DNA of 36,834 nucleotides from Candidatus Onthocola stercorigallinarum. GTDB lineage: Bacteria; Bacillota_I; Bacilli_A; RF39; UBA660. How positions within the stretch are numbered: position 1 is the first letter of the stretch; each line of letters begins with the position of its first letter. Position numbers and translations under genes: made by a program. Below, piece after piece: positions 19,301-27,007 of this stretch. The notes under the pieces were generated by a model. It saw only the letters and a program-made list of their open reading frames with translations. It did not search any database and had not been told where the DNA came from. Where the stretch lies: NCBI GenBank assembly GCA_018715145.1, contig DVMD01000082.1, positions 1-36,834 of the forward strand. Direction: 5' to 3'.

Positions 19301-21041
19301 TCATAATATTAGTGTAAAATGTAATGAAGATGAAAATACTTGTAATTTGAGTATTCTTAATAATAATACGAATGAAGAATATAAAACAGATTTTAATTTT
19401 ATAAGAGTGGGATTTAAAATAGATGAAAAAGAAGTTCATTTAGATTTAAATGAAGAAAAAGACATAAATTATGAAATTCTAAATGATACAAGTAATGTAA
19501 CAATTAGTTCTTTAAATGAAGATATATGTATAGTTGAAGACAATAAAATAAAAGGTATTGCTCCAGGCTTTTGTACTGTTAAATATGAAAGTGATAACTA
19601 TGTTAATTATCAACATATCATAGTAGATGAAAAAGGTATAATAAATGATTATCAAGATAAATTAAATAATATTCCTGATAATATAGAAATACCAACAAGA
19701 AATTTTGATGTAAATTATTCTGATATGGTTTATGATTCATCTGTTGTTCTAGAAAATATATATTATAGTTATATGCAACAATATATATTAGATTATTTTT
19801 ATCCAAATATGTCAATGAATGATTTAATGTATAAATTAGGAGAAGTAAATTTTAATTATGAAGATAATTATATTTATGATACTCATACATCTATTATAAT
19901 AGTAACTCCAAATTATTATTTTACAGAGGATGATTACTATTATAGTTTGCGATTAGATGAAAGTGTATCTAAAGATGTAGTTATTACTCCAGTTAATGCT
20001 AGTGATGAATATATAAAATTAGGTAACGTACTTAGAGAGGCTATTAAAACCCAATATACTTTAACATTAAAACAATATTTAATGTATGAATTAAATGGGC
20101 GAGAAATGGACATGATATTCTATTCTAGTTTCCAAGAAGATATATATAATGTATGTCCAACTTGTGAAATTGGGCCTGGTCAAGGTGGATTGGGGGGAAT
20201 TGGCTTTGAAGGTTATTTAATGCAAGGTATGGATTATATGATTTTAAAAGATGGCATACTTATTGGTTATTATTTAATTGAAGTTATTGCGGATATGCGA
20301 GTAATTCAAGAAGATGCTGTCCTTAGTGAAGATGAATTTATAGAACTTATAGAAGAAACAGTAAAAGAAGAATATATCGCCGCATTAGATGAACTAGAAG
20401 TAAGTAGAGTAGCTAGAATGGCTAACACAATGAGTAACGAAGATGATATTTATGTTGATGTTGAGAAAGTATTTGATCCAACGACTCCTAATTTATATGA
20501 TATAACTGTAGAAGATATTAATTTCCAAACAGTTGTTAATACAACAGTAGTTGGAGAAGAAGAGTATACCTATTCGGTAACAGATATTATATTTGAGAAT
20601 TCAGCAATTACTTTAGATGTTGGGGAAAGTAAAATAATTGGTTATACGATAGTTCCAGATAATGCTACTAATAAAGATATATTATGGGAAAGTAGTAATC
20701 CAAGTATTGTTAGCGTTGATGCAAGTGGAGCAATTATTGCTAGAAGTCCTGGTAATGCAACAATTACAGTTAAATCAAAGGACGGTAATACAACTAAAAC
20801 AATTAATGTTACAGTTAATGCCAGTGAAACTCCAGAAATCGAAGTAACTCTAGGTGACATAAATCTAGATGGCGCTATTAATATGACAGATTTAATAAAG
20901 CTTCGTAAATATTTTGCAGGGTTAGAAACATTAGATGAAAGAGCTTTAAAGAATGCCGATATTAATAAAGATAGTACTGTTAATATGACAGATATTATAA
21001 AACTTCGCAAATACTTTGCGGGATTGGAGGATTTGAAATGA
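16329..21041 (+). CDS. Large secreted protein with several bacterial Ig-like (Big_2) domains and a C-terminal dockerin
   Basis: Signal peptide; Big_2-like motifs (FVSTDTSVATIDGTGVI; YTSGNEDILSVSEDGIITA; WESSNPSIVSVDASGAIIARSPGNATITV). C-terminal duplicated Ca-binding loops GDINLDGAINMTD and ADINKDSTVNMTD. Confidence 0.88.
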   Translation: MNSSKKLFGVLVGVLVFLTCIVDVKGIEITTDEIDNLENNEINLNIGDTLIINGNDSIDAMYCRSTNSAFNVTDYYNYCEIKTNNYAKGYIVVDIHENDNNYSKYFYIDSGIDEYLDDILISIPNTIEVFSYNIYDNVPDYININTDCYLDKPSQVCNLSVNYNYSLNTNIPGHESPISKSKEVTLVNKRILTSEYMIFDVNKEIHLSLQNYYGSYNNLIFVSTDTSVATIDGTGVIRTIKPGVTKIRVYNKLEYSYQEMELVVKNYTMTPDDLHELYNNSNINININNEYYLNYDGDKISYNNLLNDYLYKEFNNFISSEYFYNGLNNINCLDNVCSFDLSYHYKGENKTLSFSNVTINLEGLYIKNSSILYKNELFMLDYFNLTNVLEEDITIIYDHNYIQDNLDGTYTSLKAGKTEITLTGGGYTTTKTVYIKYAYEEDNEFLNYYNNYDVTLPYNELSFINYQNLDLLTYLVKNKIIMDCPNEEIRDMLTPEVYCFSSKNCQVKINATIDNQLLIGSYDYKTVNINYQGYDQETIDKINNIDKEILDEYNIDIIDTIKYLDLAKGDLKTLFDSIVNDKLANINSLDVSYDYIDTIELANDLVIGAKYKINIINNGNVIYSKDIIINIDRIVDADVTLDINNLDSYLKEYVDNILMSDVVVSNLYDNVYNITNNDYSFNLMLDKKEAILISSVSLTEDMIELDVGDTKQIEYRIYPTGATYGEITYTSGNEDILSVSEDGIITAHKKGFTYVDIKVNYSTTKLMVAVGMSAKEGLDELLSSLNKDLTINYSILNITYYGSFDEALKNAVANKVRDELSMANYNITVDVMIDNEEYYVRIKPYNYDEYSDYQLVTFELEGIHLNNDLYTISSGETVDTELFFTEGDNLNLYTSINNSDIISYDNNGLLTGLKTGIAEVSINDKYINYSNYFKVIVNYEEYMNNLINEINKTIIEVDYKEIDSYNYEISLYSVVYNLLNAKYSLYYLIQTHNISVKCNEDENTCNLSILNNNTNEEYKTDFNFIRVGFKIDEKEVHLDLNEEKDINYEILNDTSNVTISSLNEDICIVEDNKIKGIAPGFCTVKYESDNYVNYQHIIVDEKGIINDYQDKLNNIPDNIEIPTRNFDVNYSDMVYDSSVVLENIYYSYMQQYILDYFYPNMSMNDLMYKLGEVNFNYEDNYIYDTHTSIIIVTPNYYFTEDDYYYSLRLDESVSKDVVITPVNASDEYIKLGNVLREAIKTQYTLTLKQYLMYELNGREMDMIFYSSFQEDIYNVCPTCEIGPGQGGLGGIGFEGYLMQGMDYMILKDGILIGYYLIEVIADMRVIQEDAVLSEDEFIELIEETVKEEYIAALDELEVSRVARMANTMSNEDDIYVDVEKVFDPTTPNLYDITVEDINFQTVVNTTVVGEEEYTYSVTDIIFENSAITLDVGESKIIGYTIVPDNATNKDILWESSNPSIVSVDASGAIIARSPGNATITVKSKDGNTTKTINVTVNASETPEIEVTLGDINLDGAINMTDLIKLRKYFAGLETLDERALKNADINKDSTVNMTDIIKLRKYFAGLEDLK

Positions 21042-22168
21042 AAAAATATTTAAAAATATTATTAGTAGTTATACTTTTTAGTATAACTACTAATGTAAAA
21101 GCTTTTTCAACTTATTTATCAGGGGATAAAGAGATTAATGAAAATGCTACATTTACAGTTACCGTTGGAGTTAATGATGCATCTAATCTTTGGGGATTTA
21201 GAGCTCCAATAAACTATGATTCATCTAAACTTACTTTGGTTAGTTCAACAGGTCTAAATGGTTTTGGAGTTGCAGTAGGATCATCTTTTGTTGCAGATAA
21301 CTCAAGTGGAATTAATGGTAGTAAAAGTGTTGCTACCCTAACATTTAAGGCCACAAGTAATTTTAAAGTAAATGAATCTACAACTATAAGTTTAGGTTCA
21401 GCTGAAGGTAGTGATGGCGAGCGAACTATTGCTGGTTCAGGAAGTAGTATTACAATAAGCATTGCTGCACCCAAAAATAGTAATAATAATTTAAGTAATT
21501 TGAGTATTGATGGTTATGATATAGATTTTGCCAGTAATAAAACCAGTTATCAGTTAACAGTAGAATATGAAGTAAATCAAATAAATATAAAAGCTAGTAC
21601 TGCAGATTCAACCGCTAGAGTAAGTGGTACTGGAACTAAAGATTTAAATTTATATACTAATACCTTTAATATAGTTGTAACCGCTGAAAATGGTTCTAGA
21701 AAAACTTATACTATTGAAGTTATTCGTAAAGATATTGATGGCAATATTAAAGAACTAGCAACAGATAATACTTTGTCAAGCATTACTATAACTGATTATA
21801 ATATTAATTTTAATCCAGAAATATTAGAATATACTATTCTTTTAAATGAAGCAGTTATTCCCGAAATTAATGCTCTTGCAACTGATACTAATGCTACAGT
21901 TACAGTTAATAATCCAGATAGTATTAAAACTGGTAATAATGTAATAGAAATATCTGTTATTGCGGAAAATGGAGCAGAACAAATCTATAAAATAAATGCT
22001 ATTTATCTAGATGAAGTCGAAGAAGAGAAAATTGCACCAGATTCCAAAGAAGATGATTCATTAAATGTTTGGTTAATTATAGTTATAATTGAGTCTTTAT
22101 TAATAGTAGTTGCAATTATAACTAGTATAATACTTATTAAAAAAGAAAAAATTGTATTTAAAAAGTAA
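21038..22168 (+). CDS. Membrane-anchored protein: cohesin-like domain + two cadherin-like beta-sandwich domains + C-terminal TM
   Basis: Signal peptide ending VKA; cohesin-like FTVTV...INYDSSKLTLV...VATLTFKA; two repeats of SNNNL..L...VTAENG...YTI; hydrophobic tail followed by KKEK. ATGA overlap with the dockerin gene. Confidence 0.78.
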   Translation: MKKYLKILLVVILFSITTNVKAFSTYLSGDKEINENATFTVTVGVNDASNLWGFRAPINYDSSKLTLVSSTGLNGFGVAVGSSFVADNSSGINGSKSVATLTFKATSNFKVNESTTISLGSAEGSDGERTIAGSGSSITISIAAPKNSNNNLSNLSIDGYDIDFASNKTSYQLTVEYEVNQINIKASTADSTARVSGTGTKDLNLYTNTFNIVVTAENGSRKTYTIEVIRKDIDGNIKELATDNTLSSITITDYNINFNPEILEYTILLNEAVIPEINALATDTNATVTVNNPDSIKTGNNVIEISVIAENGAEQIYKINAIYLDEVEEEKIAPDSKEDDSLNVWLIIVIIESLLIVVAIITSIILIKKEKIVFKK

Positions 22169-22190
22169 GATTTAAAACATCTTACTTTTT
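22160..22190. terminator. Bidirectional terminator
   Basis: AAAAAGTAAGAT-ttaaaac-ATCTTACTTTTT between convergent genes. Confidence 0.75.
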
Positions 22191-22755
22191 ATAATGAAGC
22201 TATTTCATTATTGATAAATTCTTCGTCTTGTTCAATAGCTTTTATAGCATGTTCAAATAAATAATTTAAATCAACTCCAAGCATTTCTGCTCCAGCTTTA
22301 ACAATATCTCTTGAGCATCCTCTAGCAAATGTCTTATCTTTAAATTTCTTTTTTAAAGTAGCAACCTCCATACCTTGAGCATTTTTACTTGGTCTCATAT
22401 TAATAAGAGAGGCAATAATTCCTGTTAGTTCATCAGTAGCATATAAAACTTTTTCCATGTAATGAACCGGCTCGACATCAGAGCATATATTATATCCATG
22501 GGAAACTACTGCGTGGATAAGTTCATCGCTAGCATTAGCATTCTTTAATAATTCTACTGCTTTAATACAGTGCTCTTCTGGATACATTTCATAGTCGATA
22601 TCGTGAAGTAATCCTACAATCCCCCAAAATTCTTCATCATAATTATTAATTCTTGCAAATTCCCGCATTATTGCTTCAACCATTAAACCATGTCTTATAT
22701 GATAAGGTTCTTTGTTATACTTTCTTAATAATTCAAATGCTTCTTCTCTATTCAT
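22189..22755 (-). CDS. HD/HDIG domain hydrolase
   Basis: H.LMVEAIM, WGIVGLLHDIDYE, HAVVSH, LYATDELTG, KKKFKDKTFARG. Confidence 0.88.
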   Translation of the reverse strand: MNREEAFELLRKYNKEPYHIRHGLMVEAIMREFARINNYDEEFWGIVGLLHDIDYEMYPEEHCIKAVELLKNANASDELIHAVVSHGYNICSDVEPVHYMEKVLYATDELTGIIASLINMRPSKNAQGMEVATLKKKFKDKTFARGCSRDIVKAGAEMLGVDLNYLFEHAIKAIEQDEEFINNEIASL

Positions 22756-22949
22756 AAATAATCACCAATTTAATTTTATCAAAAAATGATTTTAATATCT
22801 ATAATTAGTTTATTTTTTTAAGTATTAATGCTAAAATTATATAAAGGAGTGGCGTAAGTTTGAAAAAATTTCAGAAAATAGTAGAATATTTTCAAAACCT
22901 ATGTTATTATAATGGTTACAAAAGTTTAAAAAAAATGGAGGTGATTGAT

Positions 22950-23318
22950 ATGCCTGATGTAGTAATAAAAGGCATTTATAACGAAATGTGCAATTTTGAG
23001 GTTAGTCAGAAAAGCAAAACATCATTCTTTGATTTGCTTTATTACTATTTTAAATTAAAAAAAATTGCAAAAAAAGTGGATTGGTCTTTATATATATCAG
23101 AAGATAAAAAAATTTGTAACGGAGATGCTGTAATAAAAGGAACTAGGATAAAACCTGAAACTATACTTAATTATTATTTGAAACTATGTAAAACTCAAAC
23201 TGATGCTAACGAAAGAATAATTTCTATTAAGAAAGCATATCCTGCTCTTAGTGAAAAAGAAATATCTTTAAGTATTTTATACACAATCAAAAAGAAAGGA
23301 ATTAGATTTATACTATAA
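22950..23318 (+). CDS. DUF433 domain protein (putative antitoxin)
   Basis: DKKICNGDAVIKGTRI..ETIL...AYPALS..EI...I.Y. GGAGGTG RBS before ATG 22950. Confidence 0.8.
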   Translation: MPDVVIKGIYNEMCNFEVSQKSKTSFFDLLYYYFKLKKIAKKVDWSLYISEDKKICNGDAVIKGTRIKPETILNYYLKLCKTQTDANERIISIKKAYPALSEKEISLSILYTIKKKGIRFIL

Positions 23319-23322
23319 ATAA

Positions 23323-23730
23323 ATGCAGTTTTTATTAGACGAGAATATTCCTAATGAGTTTAAAAAAGCACTAAAAAGTAGAGGGTTTGTGGTTGAAAGT
23401 ATAAATGTAAAAAAGTACTCTGGTATGTCCGACAATGAGGTATTAAATTTAGCTTACAAAAAACATTTAGTTATTATATCATTTGATGCAGACTTTTGTA
23501 ATTTAAAAAAAGAAAACCATTTTGGCATTATTAAAATAAATGGAAAATTAGAGAATCCATTAGAAATTTTATTGGAATTAATTGAATTATATAAAAATAA
23601 AGATATAAAAAATACATTTTTTGAGATTAAAGAAGGAAAAGCTTATATAGAAACTAAAGTTTTTAGCAAAAAGAAAAACAGATTTAAACAATTTAAAAGA
23701 ACACCGATAGATTTAAAATCATTAAAGTAG
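23323..23730 (+). CDS. DUF5615 / VapC45-type PIN-like protein (putative toxin)
   Basis: MQFLLDENIP, GMSDNEVL..A, VIISFDADF, HFGII; directly follows DUF433. Confidence 0.85.
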   Translation: MQFLLDENIPNEFKKALKSRGFVVESINVKKYSGMSDNEVLNLAYKKHLVIISFDADFCNLKKENHFGIIKINGKLENPLEILLELIELYKNKDIKNTFFEIKEGKAYIETKVFSKKKNRFKQFKRTPIDLKSLK

Positions 23731-23740
23731 TATTTAGGAA

Positions 23741-24337
23741 GTGATAAAATTGAAGCAAACTTTATTATTAGATGTCGATGAAGTAATAGTATTTTCAGGA
23801 TTTTTAGAGGCTATTAATGATTTTTTAGGTACTAATTATGTTATTGATGAATTTAGTGAATATTATATTGATAGTGTAGTTATTCCGAGTGATAGAATGG
23901 ATGAATTTAATGAGTTTTTAAGAAATAGAAATTTATATGATTATGCTCCATTATTACCTAATGCTATAGAAGTTATAAAAAAACTGAATGAAGTATATGA
24001 TATTTATATTTTATCTTCATGTGTAAATTTTCTAGATGTTGATGGTTCCGGAAGATATTTTGCTGATAAATATAATTTTTTAAGGAAAACTTTACCATTT
24101 ATAGATCCAGGACATATAATCTTAACTAGTGCTAAACATTTATTTGTTGCAGATATTCAAATAGATGATCGAATTAATAATTTTGGTCCACATGTAAATT
24201 TGAAAATATTATTTCCATCATATCATAATAAAGAAATAACTGATGAAGAATTAAAAGAAAAAGGAATTATTAGAGCGGGCCTTGATTGGCGAGATGGCTG
24301 GAGTAATGTGGAAGAAATATTGCTTACAAGGAAATAA
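23741..24337 (+). CDS. 5'(3')-deoxyribonucleotidase-like HAD hydrolase (NT5C family)
   Basis: LLLDVDEVI, PNAIEVIKKL...YDIYILS, K..FL...LPFI, IQIDDR, SYHN. Confidence 0.8.
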   Translation: MIKLKQTLLLDVDEVIVFSGFLEAINDFLGTNYVIDEFSEYYIDSVVIPSDRMDEFNEFLRNRNLYDYAPLLPNAIEVIKKLNEVYDIYILSSCVNFLDVDGSGRYFADKYNFLRKTLPFIDPGHIILTSAKHLFVADIQIDDRINNFGPHVNLKILFPSYHNKEITDEELKEKGIIRAGLDWRDGWSNVEEILLTRK

Positions 24338-24351
24338 TTAATCAAAACCTA

Positions 24352-24380
24352 TTTACAAACGATAAATTAAATGGTATAAT
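24352..24380 (+). promoter_or_regulatory. Sigma-A promoter of ncRNA copy A
   Basis: TTTACA, 17 nt spacer, TATAAT with extended TG. Confidence 0.8.
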
Positions 24381-24386
24381 TTAGTT

Positions 24387-24537
24387 ACTGGTGGATATAA
24401 TATATATGTAGATATTATATCTACTACGGGACTGATAACCCTAGTTTAAATATACTAGTTCTTTCTTGGTTTGAGGTCCCGCCCCGTGTAGGAGCCACGC
24501 TCCGCTTCAAAAGGCAACCGTTTGGTTGCTTTTTGAA
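24387..24537 (+). ncRNA. Putative DUF3800-associated structured ncRNA, copy A (~150 nt), convergent with the DUF3800 gene
   Basis: Own promoter and terminator. 15-bp 5' hairpin, stems CGGGAC/GUCCCG, AACC/GGUU, CUAGU/ACUAG, GGAGC/GCUCC. Near-duplicate at 25359-25489. Confidence 0.8.
24506..24537. terminator. Bidirectional terminator (ncRNA copy A and DUF3800 gene)
   Basis: TTCAAAAGGCAACC-gttt-GGTTGCTTTTTGAA, ending 2 nt from the DUF3800 stop codon. Confidence 0.85.
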
Positions 24538-24539
24538 TG

Positions 24540-25211
24540 CTACAATTTTTTCTTTTCTAGTTCTTTTATAATTATTCGCATTTCTATTGATTGAAAAAAG
24601 TATGATTCTCCTTTTGATAAACATTGTTTATTTTTGAAATTGTAATAATATTTGTAAATGAATGTAAGCATATCGGCACTTTGAAAAAGCCTTTCTTGTA
24701 AATGATTAAATTTATCAATTTGTTCATAGTTTCCTAAAATAGAAAAGGCTTCTTTTATAGCTACCCCTAAAGTTCTTTGGCCATTATCATAGTAAATCAA
24801 TATTTTATCAAACCCATCAAAGAACTTTTGGTTATTGGTTATTATTTTGTCAAACTCTTGAATTATTTTTTGTTTTAATGTTTGAGAGTGATTAGTGTAT
24901 TTTTTATCAATAATAATATTCGCAATTTTAATTGGAGATTTTCTTGTAAATTGGTATATAGCATTAAACAGCTTTCTTCTATCGCTAATATGCCAATTTA
25001 CATATTCTCCACGACGCATTACTAAATCAGCCATATGAATCATACCAGTATAACCTAATCTTTTAAGTCTATTTTCAAAATCATGCAAAAAATTATCTAT
25101 GCTAAGAGTTGTATCATAAAATACCATAGAAACTACATATAATTCAGAAGAACCTTGCTCAAAGCCAAATTCTCCACTTTCGTCAATAAAAATTTTTAAA
25201 GTTTTTGCCAT
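24540..25211 (-). CDS. DUF3800 family protein (second copy, divergent from the first)
   Basis: KIFIDESG, YVVSMV, IHM, IYYDNGQ, LFQSADML. AAAGGA RBS; minus-strand promoter TAGGCA-17-TATAAT around 25266-25294. Confidence 0.85.
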   Translation of the reverse strand: MAKTLKIFIDESGEFGFEQGSSELYVVSMVFYDTTLSIDNFLHDFENRLKRLGYTGMIHMADLVMRRGEYVNWHISDRRKLFNAIYQFTRKSPIKIANIIIDKKYTNHSQTLKQKIIQEFDKIITNNQKFFDGFDKILIYYDNGQRTLGVAIKEAFSILGNYEQIDKFNHLQERLFQSADMLTFIYKYYYNFKNKQCLSKGESYFFQSIEMRIIIKELEKKKL

Positions 25212-25310
25212 AGTGTGTTTCCTTTTTTTATTTAGATTACTTTCTTAACACACTTTCTCAAAGGTATTATACAACAAAAACTAAATTTTGCCTATAGTAA
25301 ATTTGAATTT

Positions 25311-25317
25311 TTCGACA
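25311..25317 (-). promoter_or_regulatory. Spo0A-box-like heptamer TGTCGAA
   Basis: TTCGACA on the + strand, between the divergent DUF3800 and ncRNA-B promoters. Confidence 0.4.
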
Positions 25318-25323
25318 AAAATA

Positions 25324-25352
25324 TTTACACTTGATAAAACAAATGTTATAAT
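25324..25352 (+). promoter_or_regulatory. Sigma-A promoter of ncRNA copy B
   Basis: TTTACA, 17 nt spacer, TATAAT with extended TG; same boxes as copy A but a different spacer sequence. Confidence 0.8.
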
Positions 25353-25358
25353 TTAGTT

Positions 25359-25489
25359 ACTGGTAGAGAAATCTACTACGGGACTGATAACCCTAGTTTA
25401 AAATATACTAGTTCTTTCTTGGTTTGAGGTTCCGCCTTCGCGTTAGCGCCACGCTGCTTCAAAAGGCAACCATTTGGTTGCTTTTTGAA
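25359..25489 (+). ncRNA. Putative DUF3800-associated structured ncRNA, copy B (~130 nt), divergent from the DUF3800 gene
   Basis: Same scaffold as copy A. 5' hairpin is UGGUAGA-GAAA-UCUACUA; CGGGAC/GUUCCG keeps pairing by G-U. Terminator at 25458-25489. Confidence 0.8.
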
Positions 25490-25549
25490 TTAAAATGCTT
25501 GTATTATTTTTTTTATTTGTTATAATAATAATCATTAGATGGAGGTATT

Positions 25550-25915
25550 ATGGAAGTAAAAACATTTATTGAAAAAAAGAAAGCATATAATCCTGTTGTA
25601 CCAGAAATAAGTGAAGTAGAAAGTAGAAATCCTGAATTTGTAGAAGACGATGGAAAAACTATTGGATTTAGGTATTTTGATCAAGATACTAAAGGAGAAA
25701 AATTCAATTATTCATCGTGGATATATTTTGGAGAAATACTAACTATTGATGATATTAAAGCTCAATATAAAAATGTTGATGTTTTAATTGCTAATTTGGA
25801 AAATAATGGAATACATACTTTATGTAAAACTACTCCAGGTTATTTTATGACTATGGGTGATGATGATATGACTTATGAAAAATATAAGCTTCAATTTAAA
25901 TCAAGAACTCGTTAA
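25550..25915 (+). CDS. Hypothetical protein
   Basis: 121-aa ORF with GGAGGT RBS and upstream TGTTATAAT; no family recognised. Confidence 0.75.
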   Translation: MEVKTFIEKKKAYNPVVPEISEVESRNPEFVEDDGKTIGFRYFDQDTKGEKFNYSSWIYFGEILTIDDIKAQYKNVDVLIANLENNGIHTLCKTTPGYFMTMGDDDMTYEKYKLQFKSRTR

Positions 25916-25998
25916 ATGAGCGTCTAGTAAGGTCAAGAGAGTATAATTCTCTTGACTTTATTTGTTTTTTGCCTTATAAAAATGGTAGAGGTGTAATG

Positions 25999-26925
25999 AT
26001 GATTAGTATTTTAAAGAGTAAAAAAAATAGTAGCGATTTAGAAAAATGTAGTAAAATAGAAAAAAATACTTGGATTAATTTAGTAAAGCCAAGTGAAAAA
26101 GAAATAAAAGAAGTGGCTAATGCCCTAAAGATTGATACTAATATTATATCTCAAGTACTTGTAGAAAAAGAATTGCCTAGAGTAAAGAAATTAGATAATG
26201 CTACATTAATAGTAGTGGATGTTCCTTTTATGAAAGATACAAGCATTAAGAATAAATATGTTACATATCCTTTAGGAATTATTGTGAGTAATACTTGTAT
26301 TACTACTGTATCTTTAGTTGAACATGCTTTTTTAAATAATATGGAAGATATCAATACATTTGAAATAAATAAATTATTAATTGAAATTTTATTAAAATCC
26401 GCTCAAAGTTATTTGATAACTTTGGAATCTATTGATGAAGATATTGTAAGAATTGAAAATAATACATATAAAGCAACAGATAATAAACAACTACTTAATT
26501 TTTTAAATATTCAAAAAACATTAGTTTATTTTATTACCAGCTTACATGCTAATGGAATGGTACTTGAAAAATTACAAAAGGAAAATATGTTAGATTTTAG
26601 TAAGGAAGAAGCAATGTTGCTAGAAGATGCCACTCTTGAAAATAAACAAAGTATTGAGACGAGTACTGTTTATAGAGAGATTTTATCATCAACAATGGAT
26701 ACTTATAGTTCAATAATTTCTAATAATTTAAATGTTTTAATGAAATTTTTAACCGGTATTACTATTGTATTTTCAGTACCAACGATGATTGCATCTTTTC
26801 TAGGTATGAATGTTCCACTAGGTGAACTTGGAGAAAATCCCGCATCATTTGCTTTAATTATTTTAATATCCTTAATAATATCCTTATGCATTGCCTGGTG
26901 GCTTAAGAAGAAAAATATGCTTTAA
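25999..26925 (+). CDS. corA: CorA family magnesium transporter
   Basis: WINLVKPS, TYPLGII, IISNNLN.LMK.LT, PTMIASFLGMNV (GMN motif), two C-terminal TMs. Confidence 0.9.
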   Translation: MISILKSKKNSSDLEKCSKIEKNTWINLVKPSEKEIKEVANALKIDTNIISQVLVEKELPRVKKLDNATLIVVDVPFMKDTSIKNKYVTYPLGIIVSNTCITTVSLVEHAFLNNMEDINTFEINKLLIEILLKSAQSYLITLESIDEDIVRIENNTYKATDNKQLLNFLNIQKTLVYFITSLHANGMVLEKLQKENMLDFSKEEAMLLEDATLENKQSIETSTVYREILSSTMDTYSSIISNNLNVLMKFLTGITIVFSVPTMIASFLGMNVPLGELGENPASFALIILISLIISLCIAWWLKKKNML

Positions 26926-27007
26926 TTGACACATAAAAGTGTCTTTTTATTTGAAAATCTTTATAAAATACTAACTTTTATTGTATAATAAAGATAATGG
27001 TGGTAGT

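Noticed and set aside
24424-24624. 66-aa minus-strand ORF over ncRNA copy A
   Set aside because: Overlaps the DUF3800 3' end and runs through the terminator; no RBS or protein-like features.
25436-25444. CTTCGCGTT is complementary to the conserved 16S rRNA stretch AACGCGAAG
   Set aside because: Only 9 nt, compared from memory, and copy A shows no equivalent match; too weak without a systematic target search.
24387-25489. Flanking repeats read as a CRISPR array, IS ends or target-site duplication
   Set aside because: Only two units, each over 100 nt with its own promoter and terminator; no spacer periodicity, cas genes, terminal inverted repeats or recognisable transposase.
25359-25549. ncRNA copy B as a riboswitch or attenuator for the 25550 gene
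   Set aside because: Copy A has no downstream sense gene, 25550 has its own TGTTATAAT after the terminator, and no known riboswitch or T-box consensus was recognised.
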